A stretch of 64,000 bases of DNA from Candidatus Latescibacterota bacterium (lineage in GTDB: Bacteria; Latescibacterota; UBA2968; UBA8231). Shown here piece by piece: positions 9,319 through 19,915 of the stretch (the stretch's first letter is position 1; each line of letters begins with the position of its first letter). The position numbers were made by a program, and so were the translations under genes. The stretch spans positions 1,632,001 to 1,696,000 of the forward strand of contig OZ241867.1 in the NCBI GenBank assembly GCA_965203175.1, read 5' to 3'. Under the pieces are notes generated by a model. It was not told the DNA's origin. It ran no database searches and worked only from the letters and a program-made list of their open reading frames with translations.

Positions 9319-10587
9319 ATGCCCCGCAAGCTCGAAATGCTGCTCAAAGGCGGCCACGTAATCGACCCTGTCAACGACATCAACGGCGTCGCCGATGTCG
9401 GCGTACTCGACGGCCGCATCGCCCGCGTTGAAACGGACATTGCCCCGGCGGACGCCCACCGCGTCATCGATGTAGGAAACCTCGTCGTCGTGCCGGGCCT
9501 GCTCGATATCCACGTCCATACGTACCACACCCGCGGCCACCAATCGGGTGGGTTGGTGGGCAGCCTCAACGCCGACGCCCACTTCCTCAAAGAGGGAGTA
9601 ACCACCTGTGTCGATACGGGCACGGCCGGGGCCGAGGAATTCGAGCACTTCCGCGAGACGGTGATCGACCACTCCAAGATCCGCATGTTCGCCTATGTCA
9701 ACATTGCCGCCCCAGGCATGGGCCCTCCCGAACAAATCGTCGCCAACCTAGATCCTCAGCGGGCGGCCGAGATGGCTGCGGCCCACGACGAGGTGTGCGT
9801 CGGCATCAAGACCGCCCACTATTGGACCACCAAGCCCTTTGATGACGAGCATCCGCCTTGGGCCTCAGTTGATGCTGCTGTCGAGGCCGGCGAGCGCTGC
9901 AAAATGCCGGTGATGGTCGACTTTTGGCCGCGCCCGCCCGAGCGCTCCTACCCCGACCTCATCCTCAAGCACCTGCGCCCCGGCGACATCCACACCCACG
10001 TCTTTGCTCGCCAGTTCCCCGTCGTCGATGAAGACGGCGCGGTGTACGACTACATGCGCGAGGCGCGAGAGAGGGGCATCCACTTCGACCTCGGCCACGG
10101 AGCGGCCAGTTTCTGGTACCGCGCCGCCATGCCGGCCATTGCCGATGGCTTCCCGCCCGATTCCATCAGCACCGACCTGCACATGGGCAATATCAACGGC
10201 CACGTCCACTCCATGCTCGACACGATGTCCAAGTGCTTGGCCATGAACATGTCCTTACAGGAAGTGATCTACCGCTCCACCGTCACGCCCGCCAGCGCCA
10301 TCCGCCGGCCCGAGTTGGGGACTTTGACGCCCGGCTCTGAAGCCGACATCGCCGTGCTGGGCGTCCTCGAGGGCAACTTCTACTTTCGCGACTGCGGCTG
10401 GGCCTGCATCGAAGCCCAGCACCGCCTCGAATGCGCGCTGACCTTGCGCGCCGGCGAGGTGGTGTGGGATCGCCACGGCATGACCTGCCCACACCTACAA
10501 GAGATCCCGCCAGAGGCCGAATACTGGCACCTGCCCGAGCGCCAAGCCACTAGCCCCGTGCCGCGCCTGTGGCGTACTGATGCCTGA
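9319..10587 (+). CDS. Amidohydrolase/dihydroorotase-like metallohydrolase
   Basis: LLKGGHVIDP, PGLLDIHVH, GVTTCVDTG, RPGDIHTH, FDLGHG, SISTD, GSEADIAV. Confidence 0.9.
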   Translation: MPRKLEMLLKGGHVIDPVNDINGVADVGVLDGRIARVETDIAPADAHRVIDVGNLVVVPGLLDIHVHTYHTRGHQSGGLVGSLNADAHFLKEGVTTCVDTGTAGAEEFEHFRETVIDHSKIRMFAYVNIAAPGMGPPEQIVANLDPQRAAEMAAAHDEVCVGIKTAHYWTTKPFDDEHPPWASVDAAVEAGERCKMPVMVDFWPRPPERSYPDLILKHLRPGDIHTHVFARQFPVVDEDGAVYDYMREARERGIHFDLGHGAASFWYRAAMPAIADGFPPDSISTDLHMGNINGHVHSMLDTMSKCLAMNMSLQEVIYRSTVTPASAIRRPELGTLTPGSEADIAVLGVLEGNFYFRDCGWACIEAQHRLECALTLRAGEVVWDRHGMTCPHLQEIPPEAEYWHLPERQATSPVPRLWRTDA

Positions 10588-10605
10588 ATGGCCGGCAAGT
10601 AACCT

Positions 10606-13600
10606 TTGAGCGAAACACCTACCAAACCCCACCCGATTGCTGCGCTTAAAACCCTCCTGCCTCAGTGCATGCTCCAGGATCGGGTGCGCATCAAACGGCG
10701 TCTGAATCGCCGCCTCAACCCCGAAGAGATCGAACGCCTCTTAGGCCAAGCTCGCAGCTCTGCTCGTCTGCGCCAACGGCGGCGCAAAAGCCGCCCCGTC
10801 CCGACCTACCCAGCCGCCCTACCCATCAGCGATCGCAGGGACGAAATCCTCGCGGCGATCAAGGCGCACCCCGTCGTCGTTGTCGCCGGCGAGACCGGCT
10901 CGGGCAAGAGTACGCAACTGCCCAAAATCTGCCTAGAGGCTGGCCGGGGCGAGGTCGCCCGCATCGCCGTCACGCAGCCGCGCCGCGTGGCCGCGCTCTC
11001 CATCGCTCAGCGCGTGGCCGAAGAACTCAAGGTGACCTACGGCCGCGATATCGGCTGCAAAATCCGCTTCCGCGATCAGACCGCGCCCGAGACCTGCATC
11101 AAGATCATGACCGACGGCATGCTGCTGGCCGAGACCCAAACCGATCCCGACCTGCTCGAATACGATACCATTATTGTCGATGAAGCTCACGAGCGCAGCC
11201 TCAATATTGACTTTTTGCTCGGCTATCTGCGGCTTCTGCGGCGCAAGCGGCCCGATCTCAAGATCGTCATCACCTCGGCTACCATCGACACGGAAACCTT
11301 CTCTAAGGCCTTTGACGACGCCCCGGTCATTGAGGTTTCGGGCCGGATGTTCCCGGTCGAAGTTCGCTATTGGCCACTCGACGAGATTCTGCAGGCCCGC
11401 GGCGACTACACGTATTTGGATGCGGCTGCCAGCGCGGTGGACGAGATTTTGCGCACGTCGCGGCAGGGCGACCTCTTGGTCTTTCTGCCCTCCGAGCGCG
11501 ATATCCGCGAGACCCGCGAGCGGCTCGAAGGACGCAAGTTGCGCGGCGTCGAGATCCTGCCGCTGTTTGGCCGCCTAACCGCTGGGGAGCAGCAGCGCGT
11601 ATTCGCCCCGGGAGACCGCCGCCGCGTAGTGTTGGCCACCAATATCGCCGAAACTTCGCTGACCATTCCCCGCATCCGCTACGTCGTAGATACGGGCTTG
11701 GCGCGTCTGTCGCGCTACAATCCCCGCACGCACACCCAGCGCCTGCCCATCGAACCGATTTCGCAGAGCAGCGCCCGCCAACGGGAGGGACGCTGTGGGC
11801 GGGTTGCGGATGGGGTTTGCATTCGCCTCTACTCAGAGCAGGATTTTCTCTCGCGGCCCGAATACACCCAGCCCGAGATCCAGCGCGCCAATCTCGCCGA
11901 GGTCATCCTGCGGATGATCAACCTCAAGCTAGGGGACATTGAGGCGTTCCCCTTTATCGATCCCCCGGCAAAAGCCGCTATCGTCGGCGGTTTTCAGCTC
12001 CTGAGCCAGCTCAACGCCCTCGACGAAAACCGCGCACTCACTTCCATTGGCCGCGCCATGGCGCGCCTGCCCATCGACCCCACGGTCTCGCGGATGCTGC
12101 TCCAGGCCCGCGAGGAACAAGCCCTGTCCGAAGTGCTCGTCATCGCCGCGGCCATCAGTATCCAGGATCCGCGCGAGCGGCCTCTTGAAGAGCAGGATGC
12201 GGCCGACCAAATGCACCGCCAGTTCCACGACAAAAATTCCGATTTCCTAGCTTATCTCAACATTTGGAACGCGTACCACGACAAAGTGGAAAGCGCCTCG
12301 CAGAACCAACTCCGCAAATTCTGCAAGGCGCACTACCTCTCCTACATGCGGATGCGCGAATGGCGCGATATCCACGCGCAGATCCGCGAGACACTCAACG
12401 AGATAAAAGGCTTCCGCTTCAACCGCGAACCCGCCGGGTACGACGCGATCCACCGCGCGGTACTCACCGGCCTGCTTTCGAGTGTGGCGCGCCAAGAGGA
12501 AGGCAATATCTATCAGGCAGCGCGCAACCGCGAGGTGATGATTTTCCCCGGCTCGGGACTCTTCCGCCCCAACAAGGGCAAGGAGCCGGACAAAGGCGGA
12601 CCACCCGGCTGGCTGGTCGCGGCCGAGATCGTCGAAACCTCGCGCCTGTTCGCCCGCACTGTCTCCCGCATCCAGCCCGAATGGCTCGCTGAGCTAGGCA
12701 GCCACCTGTGCCGCGCTTCGTACGACCAACCCTACTTCAACGCGCGCTCGGGGCGGGTGCTGGTGCGAGAAAAGCAGACTCTCTACGGCCTCGAAGTACT
12801 CAGCCGCCGCATCCCGTACAGCCGCATCAACGCCCGCGAGGCCACCGAGATATTCATCCGCGAGGCGTTGGTGCCCGGGACGGTGCATACTCCGCACAAG
12901 TTTCTCGCGCACAACATTCGCCTGTGTCAGAAGATCGAAACTTGGCAAACCCGCGCCCGCGGTTTGGCCGATGTCCACGTCGAAGAGGCCGCCGCCCGCT
13001 TTTACTCTCAGTACCTCGATGATGTTTCCTCGCTGCCCGACCTCAACCGATTCCTCAAAGACAAAGCCGACGACTTCCTGGTGATGCAGGAGGAAGACTT
13101 GCTCGGCACCACCCGCGACGACTTCGACCAGCAGGCCTTCCCAGACGCACTCGACCTCGACGGCAATAAACTAGCCCTCAGCTACGCCTATCGCCCAGGA
13201 CAAGACGAGGACGGCATCACCGTCAAATTGCCCTACAAGCTAGCCCACGCCGTCGATCCAGAAATACTCGAATGGTTAGTACCGGGCCTACTCGAAGAGA
13301 AAATTACCATCCTGCTGCGCTCGCTGCCCAAGTCCCTCCGCAAGCAACTAGTGCCGATTCCGGAAAAGGCCCAGCGCATCGCCGCCGATCTCAAACCGAC
13401 GCATCCCACCTTTTTGGAGTCGCTGCAAGATCACATCCGCCAGCACTACCATATCCAAATCGAGGCGTCGGACTGGAACGCCGATGACTTGCCCGATCAC
13501 CTCAAGATGCGCGTCGATATCCAAGGAACCAACGATCAATCCGTCGCGGCCGGCCGCGATTTGCAGCAACTGACCCAAAGCCTTGAACAGCACGATACCC

Positions 13601-14481
13601 CCGTCGAACTCGACGCGTGGAAAAAGGCGGCCCAACAGTGGGAACGGGAGGGGATAACTACGTGGGATTTCGGCGACCCGCCCGCCCGCATAGAGGTGAC
13701 CCAAGCGGGCGGGGTGCCGCTCTATGGCTGGCCCGGCCTCCGCCGCGACGAAGGCGGGGTGTCGCTGCGGCTCTACAAAAATCGCGCCGAAGCCGAAGCC
13801 CGCTCGCGGGAGGGGTTCTTGGGCCTGTGCGCCTTGGCGTTGCGCGACGAGTTGGCGTGGCTCCGGCGCGAACTCCAAGAGCTGGCGCAGTTCAAGGCGC
13901 GCTATCAAGGCAGTTCGCTAGAATTGCGCACCCAAGCGTTTGAACATCTCGAGCGCTATCTCTTCCACCGCGAGCAAATCCTACCCCTGCGCCAAGAAGA
14001 CTTCGACGCCGTGCTGATGCAGGCTAAGCAACGGCTGCGCGGCTTGGCCTCGCGCTTCATCTCCTTGGTCGATAGCTTGCTCGAAGCCCGCCGCGAAATT
14101 CTCCTCTCAGGCCAGTCCTATCGCGGGCTGGACGCAGACTTGGAGCGGCTGCTACCCGACGATTTTCTCGCCCGCGTCCCCTTCCACCATCTCAGCCACC
14201 TGCACCGCTACCTAAAAGCCGTCGCGGTGCGCGCCGAGCGCGCCGCAACCGATCCGCGCAAGGACACACAGAAAGCCGAGTTGATCGAGGTGTACCAGAG
14301 CCAGTTGGAAAAGCTCGTCGGGGAGACCAATTCGCCCGAGCGAGCGAGCCAAATCGAGGAATTGCGTTGGATGCTGGAAGAATATCGCGTCTCGGTCTTC
14401 GCCCAGGAGTTGGGTACCGCCCACCCGATTTCCCCCAAGCGGCTCGACAAGAAAATCGAGCAGATTCGTCAAATCCGGTGA
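10606..14481 (+). CDS. hrpA: ATP-dependent RNA helicase HrpA
   Basis: GETGSGKSTQLPK, DEAH box, SAT, QREGRCGR, C-terminal WMLEEYRVSVFAQELGT. Confidence 0.95.
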   Translation: MSETPTKPHPIAALKTLLPQCMLQDRVRIKRRLNRRLNPEEIERLLGQARSSARLRQRRRKSRPVPTYPAALPISDRRDEILAAIKAHPVVVVAGETGSGKSTQLPKICLEAGRGEVARIAVTQPRRVAALSIAQRVAEELKVTYGRDIGCKIRFRDQTAPETCIKIMTDGMLLAETQTDPDLLEYDTIIVDEAHERSLNIDFLLGYLRLLRRKRPDLKIVITSATIDTETFSKAFDDAPVIEVSGRMFPVEVRYWPLDEILQARGDYTYLDAAASAVDEILRTSRQGDLLVFLPSERDIRETRERLEGRKLRGVEILPLFGRLTAGEQQRVFAPGDRRRVVLATNIAETSLTIPRIRYVVDTGLARLSRYNPRTHTQRLPIEPISQSSARQREGRCGRVADGVCIRLYSEQDFLSRPEYTQPEIQRANLAEVILRMINLKLGDIEAFPFIDPPAKAAIVGGFQLLSQLNALDENRALTSIGRAMARLPIDPTVSRMLLQAREEQALSEVLVIAAAISIQDPRERPLEEQDAADQMHRQFHDKNSDFLAYLNIWNAYHDKVESASQNQLRKFCKAHYLSYMRMREWRDIHAQIRETLNEIKGFRFNREPAGYDAIHRAVLTGLLSSVARQEEGNIYQAARNREVMIFPGSGLFRPNKGKEPDKGGPPGWLVAAEIVETSRLFARTVSRIQPEWLAELGSHLCRASYDQPYFNARSGRVLVREKQTLYGLEVLSRRIPYSRINAREATEIFIREALVPGTVHTPHKFLAHNIRLCQKIETWQTRARGLADVHVEEAAARFYSQYLDDVSSLPDLNRFLKDKADDFLVMQEEDLLGTTRDDFDQQAFPDALDLDGNKLALSYAYRPGQDEDGITVKLPYKLAHAVDPEILEWLVPGLLEEKITILLRSLPKSLRKQLVPIPEKAQRIAADLKPTHPTFLESLQDHIRQHYHIQIEASDWNADDLPDHLKMRVDIQGTNDQSVAAGRDLQQLTQSLEQHDTPVELDAWKKAAQQWEREGITTWDFGDPPARIEVTQAGGVPLYGWPGLRRDEGGVSLRLYKNRAEAEARSREGFLGLCALALRDELAWLRRELQELAQFKARYQGSSLELRTQAFEHLERYLFHREQILPLRQEDFDAVLMQAKQRLRGLASRFISLVDSLLEARREILLSGQSYRGLDADLERLLPDDFLARVPFHHLSHLHRYLKAVAVRAERAATDPRKDTQKAELIEVYQSQLEKLVGETNSPERASQIEELRWMLEEYRVSVFAQELGTAHPISPKRLDKKIEQIRQIR

Positions 14482-15083
14482 TCCGCGCCCTGATCTTCGA
14501 TCTTTGCGACACCGTAGTGCGGACTGCCGGCCTGCCCGGATTGGCTCTTCTGCCCGGAGTTAGTGTTCGGCGCTTGGAGCAGTGGTTCAGCGACAGGGCG
14601 GAGTTTCTCGCCTTTGAACGCGGCGAAATCGGCGCGGCGGCCTTCCTCGCCGCCTTGCGTCAGGGCACGGGCCTACGCGCTACCGACGACGACTTGGGCC
14701 GCGCCTACGAAGAATTAATCCTGTACGAGATCGAGGGCGTCGCTCCGCTGCTCCGGCAGCTAGCCACCGAGTATCCTCTGTACGCGCTATCGAACAACAA
14801 CGAATTGCTCTGGCGCGGCATCCAGCGCGTCTGCACTACCCTCGATGTTTTTGAGCAGGTGTTCCTCTCGCAGGAAACCGGCCTGCTCAAACCCGATCCT
14901 GCGGCCTTCTGCTACGCGCTGGAACAGATTGGCTGTCAGCCGCGAGAAGTTGTGCTAATCGACGACAACCCGCAGTGCGTGGCCGCGGCTGCGGCGCTGG
15001 GCTTGGAGACGGTTCTCTTCTGCGACGCCGCACAAACCGCGCGCGAGTTAACCGAAATTTTGGACAGCAAAAATCGCGCGTAG
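14478..15083 (+). CDS. HAD-superfamily phosphatase (YihX-like)
   Basis: LIFDL, ALSNNN, KPDP, LIDD motifs; GTG overlaps the hrpA stop. Confidence 0.8.
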   Translation: MIRALIFDLCDTVVRTAGLPGLALLPGVSVRRLEQWFSDRAEFLAFERGEIGAAAFLAALRQGTGLRATDDDLGRAYEELILYEIEGVAPLLRQLATEYPLYALSNNNELLWRGIQRVCTTLDVFEQVFLSQETGLLKPDPAAFCYALEQIGCQPREVVLIDDNPQCVAAAAALGLETVLFCDAAQTARELTEILDSKNRA

Positions 15084-15091
15084 AACGGCGA

Positions 15092-15898
15092 TCAGACGTT
15101 CGCCACCAGCCACTGGTAGCACTTTTCGTATCCCACCTGTCCCTCGGTTTCCGGCCCTTCGTATTCAGCCGTCCAAGCTCCGTCGTAGCCAGCCGCTTTG
15201 AGGCACTTGACCGCGTGATCGAGGTGGATTTCTCCCTCGCCCAATGCCGCCCCTTTGTAATTTTGCCGCGAGCCGGTTCCGTCCTTCATGTGGGTGTGGA
15301 AGACGTGCGGAGCCAGTATTTCATAGAAGTGGTCGATTCGGTCTAGCTCGTGCCCGAACCAGCGGTAGTTCATGGTGTCCAAATTGACGCCGAGTCGGTC
15401 CGAGCCAACGCGCTCGATCAGGCTTAACTGCCAATCGCCGTCGTTGGTGGAAATCCCGTGGTTGTCGAGGGCGATCCGAACGTTGTACTCTTCGAGAAAA
15501 TCGGCGCAGCGCTTGAAGGCTTCGAGCATCATGCCGTCCCACTGGTCCTCTGGGACGTCGTCGTTGCGATTCCAGCCGCCGTCCGAGCGCACGATGTCCG
15601 TGCCGGTTGTGGGGATGATTTGGCAGACGTAGCGGTAGCGCTCGATTTGCGCGTCCAAGTCGCGGGGATCGGCTTGCAGGAAGTCATTGCCAGCCGCTAC
15701 CGCCGAGGCCTGCATCCCGTATTTGGCTAACAATTCGCGCGTGGCTGCGGCCGTCTGCTCGCCGTTTTTGGACTCGCCATCCCAGATGTCGCCGATCCGC
15801 AACTCGCAGTACTGGTAGCCGATTTCGCTAGCTCGCCGGGCGAAACCCTCTAAGTCGCAGCCGGGCCAGTTGTAGTGGATTGCGCCGATTTTTGCCAT
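15092..15898 (-). CDS. Sugar phosphate isomerase/epimerase (xylose-isomerase TIM barrel)
   Basis: ALDNHG, GVNLDTMN, HTHMKD, LGEG, AEYEG. Confidence 0.85.
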   Translation of the reverse strand: MAKIGAIHYNWPGCDLEGFARRASEIGYQYCELRIGDIWDGESKNGEQTAAATRELLAKYGMQASAVAAGNDFLQADPRDLDAQIERYRYVCQIIPTTGTDIVRSDGGWNRNDDVPEDQWDGMMLEAFKRCADFLEEYNVRIALDNHGISTNDGDWQLSLIERVGSDRLGVNLDTMNYRWFGHELDRIDHFYEILAPHVFHTHMKDGTGSRQNYKGAALGEGEIHLDHAVKCLKAAGYDGAWTAEYEGPETEGQVGYEKCYQWLVANV

Positions 15899-15921
15899 GT
15901 TCGTACTCCTCTTGTTTAGGT

Positions 15922-18036
15922 TCAGTAAAGCCGCCACACCTGCGTCTGTAGCGGCATGAGGCTGACCTCCGAGACCTCGTCGCTGGCGGGCATAGCCTCA
16001 ATCGCAAGGGCTTCGTACGTGTCGAAGCACTTTTGGCGCGCTGCGGGCGACTGCGGCAGGTAATCAAAGCGATAGGAAGTCCGCCGCACGGTGCGCGGAT
16101 CGAAGTTGTGCGCCACCAATAGCGCGCCTCGCTCAGTATAGCGCACATACGCCAGAATGCGGTCGTCCGGGTCGCCGCCAGCAAATTCGTTGCGGTGGAA
16201 GTACACCTCTCCGTCGCAAAATTCCGGCCATTCCTTTTGCAGTGCGAAGAGACGTTCGTAGGCCCTCGCTAGGCTGGCGTGCGGCTCGCGCTCGGCCCAG
16301 TCGAAGTGCAGGAGGGTTTCGTTTTCAAAGTCGGTGCGCGTTTCCTCGCCCCACTCACTACCCAACTCCAAACCCCGCGTCAGATTGCACCCAGAGGCCA
16401 AACCAGCCGAGCAATCGATCAAGGCAGCCTGCAAATTCTTGAGTAATGCCATCAGCAACGCCCGGTCTCCTGGGTGGATGGGACAGGTGAGGCCCTGCCA
16501 GTAGTCCTGCGCCTGCTTCTCGCATTGCAAGAGTTCCCGGAACCGCTCGTGCCACACTTGGGTGGCGCGCGGGCTGTCGTGGTTTTCAAAGTAGGCCATG
16601 GCCACGGTGCCGGGCGCGAAGGTGCGATGCATCTCCTCTAGGAAATCGATGAGGGGTTGGGCGTGCTCGACATCGCGGTGATAGTCAACTAAGAGCGCGT
16701 AGATCATATCTGTCGGGACGTCCACTGCTTCGGTCAGCGGGCACAGCGTCTCGCCCAACACCAACGCCTCGGGTGCGACAGCTTGAATGCGGTTCTTGAG
16801 CTTTTTGAGGAAGGGCCGGTCAATGGTCTGACTGGCGTCGATCCGCACCCCGTCTAACCCGCATTGCTCGATCCAATACGGGGCGATCTCCAGTAGGTAC
16901 TCTTGCAACGGCTGATTGTAAACCAAGTCGAAGAGCGCCACGTCCGAATAGACCAGCCAAGCGATCTGATGGATTTGCGGCACCCCGCATTCATCGCGCA
17001 GATACCACTCGGGATGCTCGGCGATCAGCGGGCAGTCGCGGCTGCTCTGCATCAGCACCAAGTCGAAGATGACCTTCTTGCCGAGGGCGTGTGCCTTCCT
17101 AGTCAGCACCCGCAACTCAGCGCGACCGACGAGCTGGACGAAGGCGTCGTGGCCGAGTGCCTTTTCCACTTGGGCCGCTGACAGCCCGGCGAGACCTTCC
17201 ATCTCGTTTGGGAGCACGAAACCTTCCGCCACCAGTGCCTCCCAATCCACTTCCTCGATCGGCGAAACCAGTTCGGGATCAACTTGGAAAAAATCCCGTA
17301 TAGCATAGACGCTGCCGAGGGCACCCTTGCGCACATCCGCGCCGGTGTGCAGGTCCGCAAAACCCGGACGAAAAAAGGGCAGCAGATAGATCACGTCGGC
17401 AGGTATGTCCTCTAAGCGCCGCGTCAGTTCGGCGAGCCGGCCCGAGCGGAAGCGATCCCCTTCGACGTGCGCACCTACCTTGCGCACACATACCTCGGCG
17501 ACCGTCGGCCCCGTGCGCACCCACTCCGGGCTGACGACGACGACCCCGTCGCGGTTTTCAGCCAAGTCGTTGAGGCTGATCCACTCCTTGCGCCCGGCCT
17601 CGGCGTAGCTATCGGCGGAAAACTCCACCGCGTAGTTGAAGGTGCCGGTACGCCCAAGTGTGAAAGCAGCCGACTCAAAGACGAGATTGTTGTCGGCGAG
17701 GATGGGAATACCTTCCTCGTCAACAAGCAGCCGCATCTCCACGTAATCATTTGTCCCATTAGCATCGGTCCACAGCCGCGCATCCACATCTCCCAACTGG
17801 ACTTCGTGCGGATCAACGGAGGCGACGAAAAGCTCGCAGCGCACTTGGGCCATGGCAACCGTCTTGCCAGGTTCGATATAAGCCCTAGCAAGGGGCGGCT
17901 CACAAACCCGACCGTCGATTTCAATGGTCAGGTTGCCGCCCCACACCTGCCAGTTATCGAACTCGCGGCGCTGGTAGCGGCAGTGCAATTGTTCGTAGAA
18001 CGCGACGCGTAAACCGAAGACGGCCGTAACAGTCAA
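15922..18036 (-). CDS. GH13 alpha-amylase-family protein (atypical)
   Basis: SVYAIRDFFQVDPEL, DGVRIDA (nucleophile), LGETL, FENHDS; TTG start with GGAG RBS. Confidence 0.8.
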   Translation of the reverse strand: MTVTAVFGLRVAFYEQLHCRYQRREFDNWQVWGGNLTIEIDGRVCEPPLARAYIEPGKTVAMAQVRCELFVASVDPHEVQLGDVDARLWTDANGTNDYVEMRLLVDEEGIPILADNNLVFESAAFTLGRTGTFNYAVEFSADSYAEAGRKEWISLNDLAENRDGVVVVSPEWVRTGPTVAEVCVRKVGAHVEGDRFRSGRLAELTRRLEDIPADVIYLLPFFRPGFADLHTGADVRKGALGSVYAIRDFFQVDPELVSPIEEVDWEALVAEGFVLPNEMEGLAGLSAAQVEKALGHDAFVQLVGRAELRVLTRKAHALGKKVIFDLVLMQSSRDCPLIAEHPEWYLRDECGVPQIHQIAWLVYSDVALFDLVYNQPLQEYLLEIAPYWIEQCGLDGVRIDASQTIDRPFLKKLKNRIQAVAPEALVLGETLCPLTEAVDVPTDMIYALLVDYHRDVEHAQPLIDFLEEMHRTFAPGTVAMAYFENHDSPRATQVWHERFRELLQCEKQAQDYWQGLTCPIHPGDRALLMALLKNLQAALIDCSAGLASGCNLTRGLELGSEWGEETRTDFENETLLHFDWAEREPHASLARAYERLFALQKEWPEFCDGEVYFHRNEFAGGDPDDRILAYVRYTERGALLVAHNFDPRTVRRTSYRFDYLPQSPAARQKCFDTYEALAIEAMPASDEVSEVSLMPLQTQVWRLY

Positions 18037-18052
18037 AGAATTCTCTCCAAAT

Positions 18053-19021
18053 TCACCGATGGTTCTGCCGATAGTGCCGCTTGAGCAGATCCTCGCCGAA
18101 ATCGTTGTGCAGGTCGCGCCAAACTGCGTGGATGTGATTGGCGTCGTTTTGAGTGTTGTCGTACTCGGCTAGGAAACCCGGCCCCTGTACCCGGTAGTAG
18201 TGCGGTCCCCCGCGTTCCTCTGCGCCGGCCCAAGCAAAGTGCGCCGCCCGCAAATACGCTGCTCCGAGTCGTTCCCATTCGGCTTCGGCCAGCGCTTCGG
18301 GCAAGCGCCGTACGTACACTTCGATCAAGGCGTCCAAGATCTGGCGCTGCGCCGCGCTCATCTCCGCGCTGCCCAACCCCTCCGGCTCGACCTCGCCGTG
18401 CACGTGGGGCACGTTGGTCGTGAGAATGTCCCTTGGAGCTTCGGCTCTGACGATGGCCACTGCTTTCTGTTCGCCGTCCAACTCGTGCAAAAGCTGCCGC
18501 CCCAGATCCTCTTCCTCCCGCAAAGCCCGCAGTCCAGTTTGCTCGCCGTGGCGCACCTCAGCGGGGTTTGAGCCAAAAAACAGCGGCGTCGATCCCAGCC
18601 GACCTTGTACTACCGTGTGGTTGAGCGAGACGTGATGGCCCTCAAAGCGCCAGCCCCAGGGCGCGTCGCCACCCGGCTTGCCGAAAATGCTCACGTAGTA
18701 CAGCCCGGGATCGCGCTGGAAGCGCCGCCCCGCTCCTTCTAGTTCGGCCAGTATCGGCTCCAGCGAAATGATCGTCGAGACTTTTTCGTACCCCGACGCG
18801 CTGACTCCGGTCGCTACCAGCGCGTGCGCTAGCGCCCGCTGGCGCTGGTCCATTTCCTTTAGCGGCAATCCGGCGCGCTCCCTCGGAATGTAGTGCCAGT
18901 TTTTGCGCTCCGCGCTGTCGGCAAAGTCGATCACCGCCTTCTGCCGTCCGGCCTCGTCCAGTGATGCGAGGAAATTGCCAGCGGCCTCGGCCATGCGCTG
19001 TACTGTATTAGTGTGGTCCAT
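18053..19021 (-). CDS. DUF3500 domain protein
   Basis: WHYIPRER.G, WGWRFEGHHVSLN, TPLFFGSNP, YYRVQGP..L.EYDNTQNDANHIHAVWRD..NDFG. Confidence 0.9.
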   Translation of the reverse strand: MDHTNTVQRMAEAAGNFLASLDEAGRQKAVIDFADSAERKNWHYIPRERAGLPLKEMDQRQRALAHALVATGVSASGYEKVSTIISLEPILAELEGAGRRFQRDPGLYYVSIFGKPGGDAPWGWRFEGHHVSLNHTVVQGRLGSTPLFFGSNPAEVRHGEQTGLRALREEEDLGRQLLHELDGEQKAVAIVRAEAPRDILTTNVPHVHGEVEPEGLGSAEMSAAQRQILDALIEVYVRRLPEALAEAEWERLGAAYLRAAHFAWAGAEERGGPHYYRVQGPGFLAEYDNTQNDANHIHAVWRDLHNDFGEDLLKRHYRQNHR

Positions 19022-19033
19022 GATCTTCCTTTC

Positions 19034-19792
19034 TCAAGTCGGCCTGCGCGCCGACAAATCGTCGTGCAAGTCGATGGTAGTGTACTCTTCGTATGCTTGC
19101 TTCACGGCGATGCGCACAAACTCCAGCTTTTCCGGGCCGGGATTGTAGATGCCGTGCCCCTGCCCAATCCCCTGCCAAGTAACTGACTCTGGTTCTACAG
19201 CAAAAGTCTCGTCGTCAATCGTCATCAGCCCTTGTCCCTTTAGTACTACAAAGCTCTCTTCGAGGAAGTCGTGATAGTGATACCCTACCGATCCCCCCGC
19301 GTCGAGGATCGCGTGATCGAGAAAAGTCCAGTCACTGTAGAAGTCATCAGGAGAAAGCACGTGCCGAGTCGCGATTTGCCCACAGCCGCCGTGGATTGCG
19401 TCGCGCCACGTTAGCGCTTGCTCGTCAAAGGTGCCAGCCTTGGGCTGCACACCTTCCTGCGTCTCTGCATCCGCGTCCAGCTCGACACACACGCGCAGCA
19501 CGTTCACAGATGCATCGGTCAAATTTTTCAACTCGTGAACGCATCCGGTAGGTTTGACGACAAAACAGGGTCCTTCTCCGCTTTCCACTCGCTGCTGCCC
19601 CACGGTCAATTCCACCGGCCCGCCCGTAAACACATAGCCCTGTTCACAAGCCGTTCCTGTACCTGCGACCGGGAACGGTTCCCCCGGTGCCAATACCCAA
19701 TAATCGAACGCCTCCCACGGCGTCTCTGGCCGCAACCCCGCAAAGATCGGGCAGCCTTCTTGGTCTAACTCATCAAGACGGACGTGTTTCAT
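19034..19792 (-). CDS. Double cupin domain protein
   Basis: GYHYHDFLEESFVVLKG.G and GHGIYNPG cupin motifs. Confidence 0.8.
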   Translation of the reverse strand: MKHVRLDELDQEGCPIFAGLRPETPWEAFDYWVLAPGEPFPVAGTGTACEQGYVFTGGPVELTVGQQRVESGEGPCFVVKPTGCVHELKNLTDASVNVLRVCVELDADAETQEGVQPKAGTFDEQALTWRDAIHGGCGQIATRHVLSPDDFYSDWTFLDHAILDAGGSVGYHYHDFLEESFVVLKGQGLMTIDDETFAVEPESVTWQGIGQGHGIYNPGPEKLEFVRIAVKQAYEEYTTIDLHDDLSARRPT

Positions 19793-19915
19793 GCTTTTCT
19801 CTATCATCCTCTGCCATCCCGCTAAACTACGCATCCCAATCCCCCTTCACAAACCTTGACACCCTTCCGCTCAACCCCCAACATAAACGCCCATCTCTAC
19901 ACGGAGCTACCCAAA

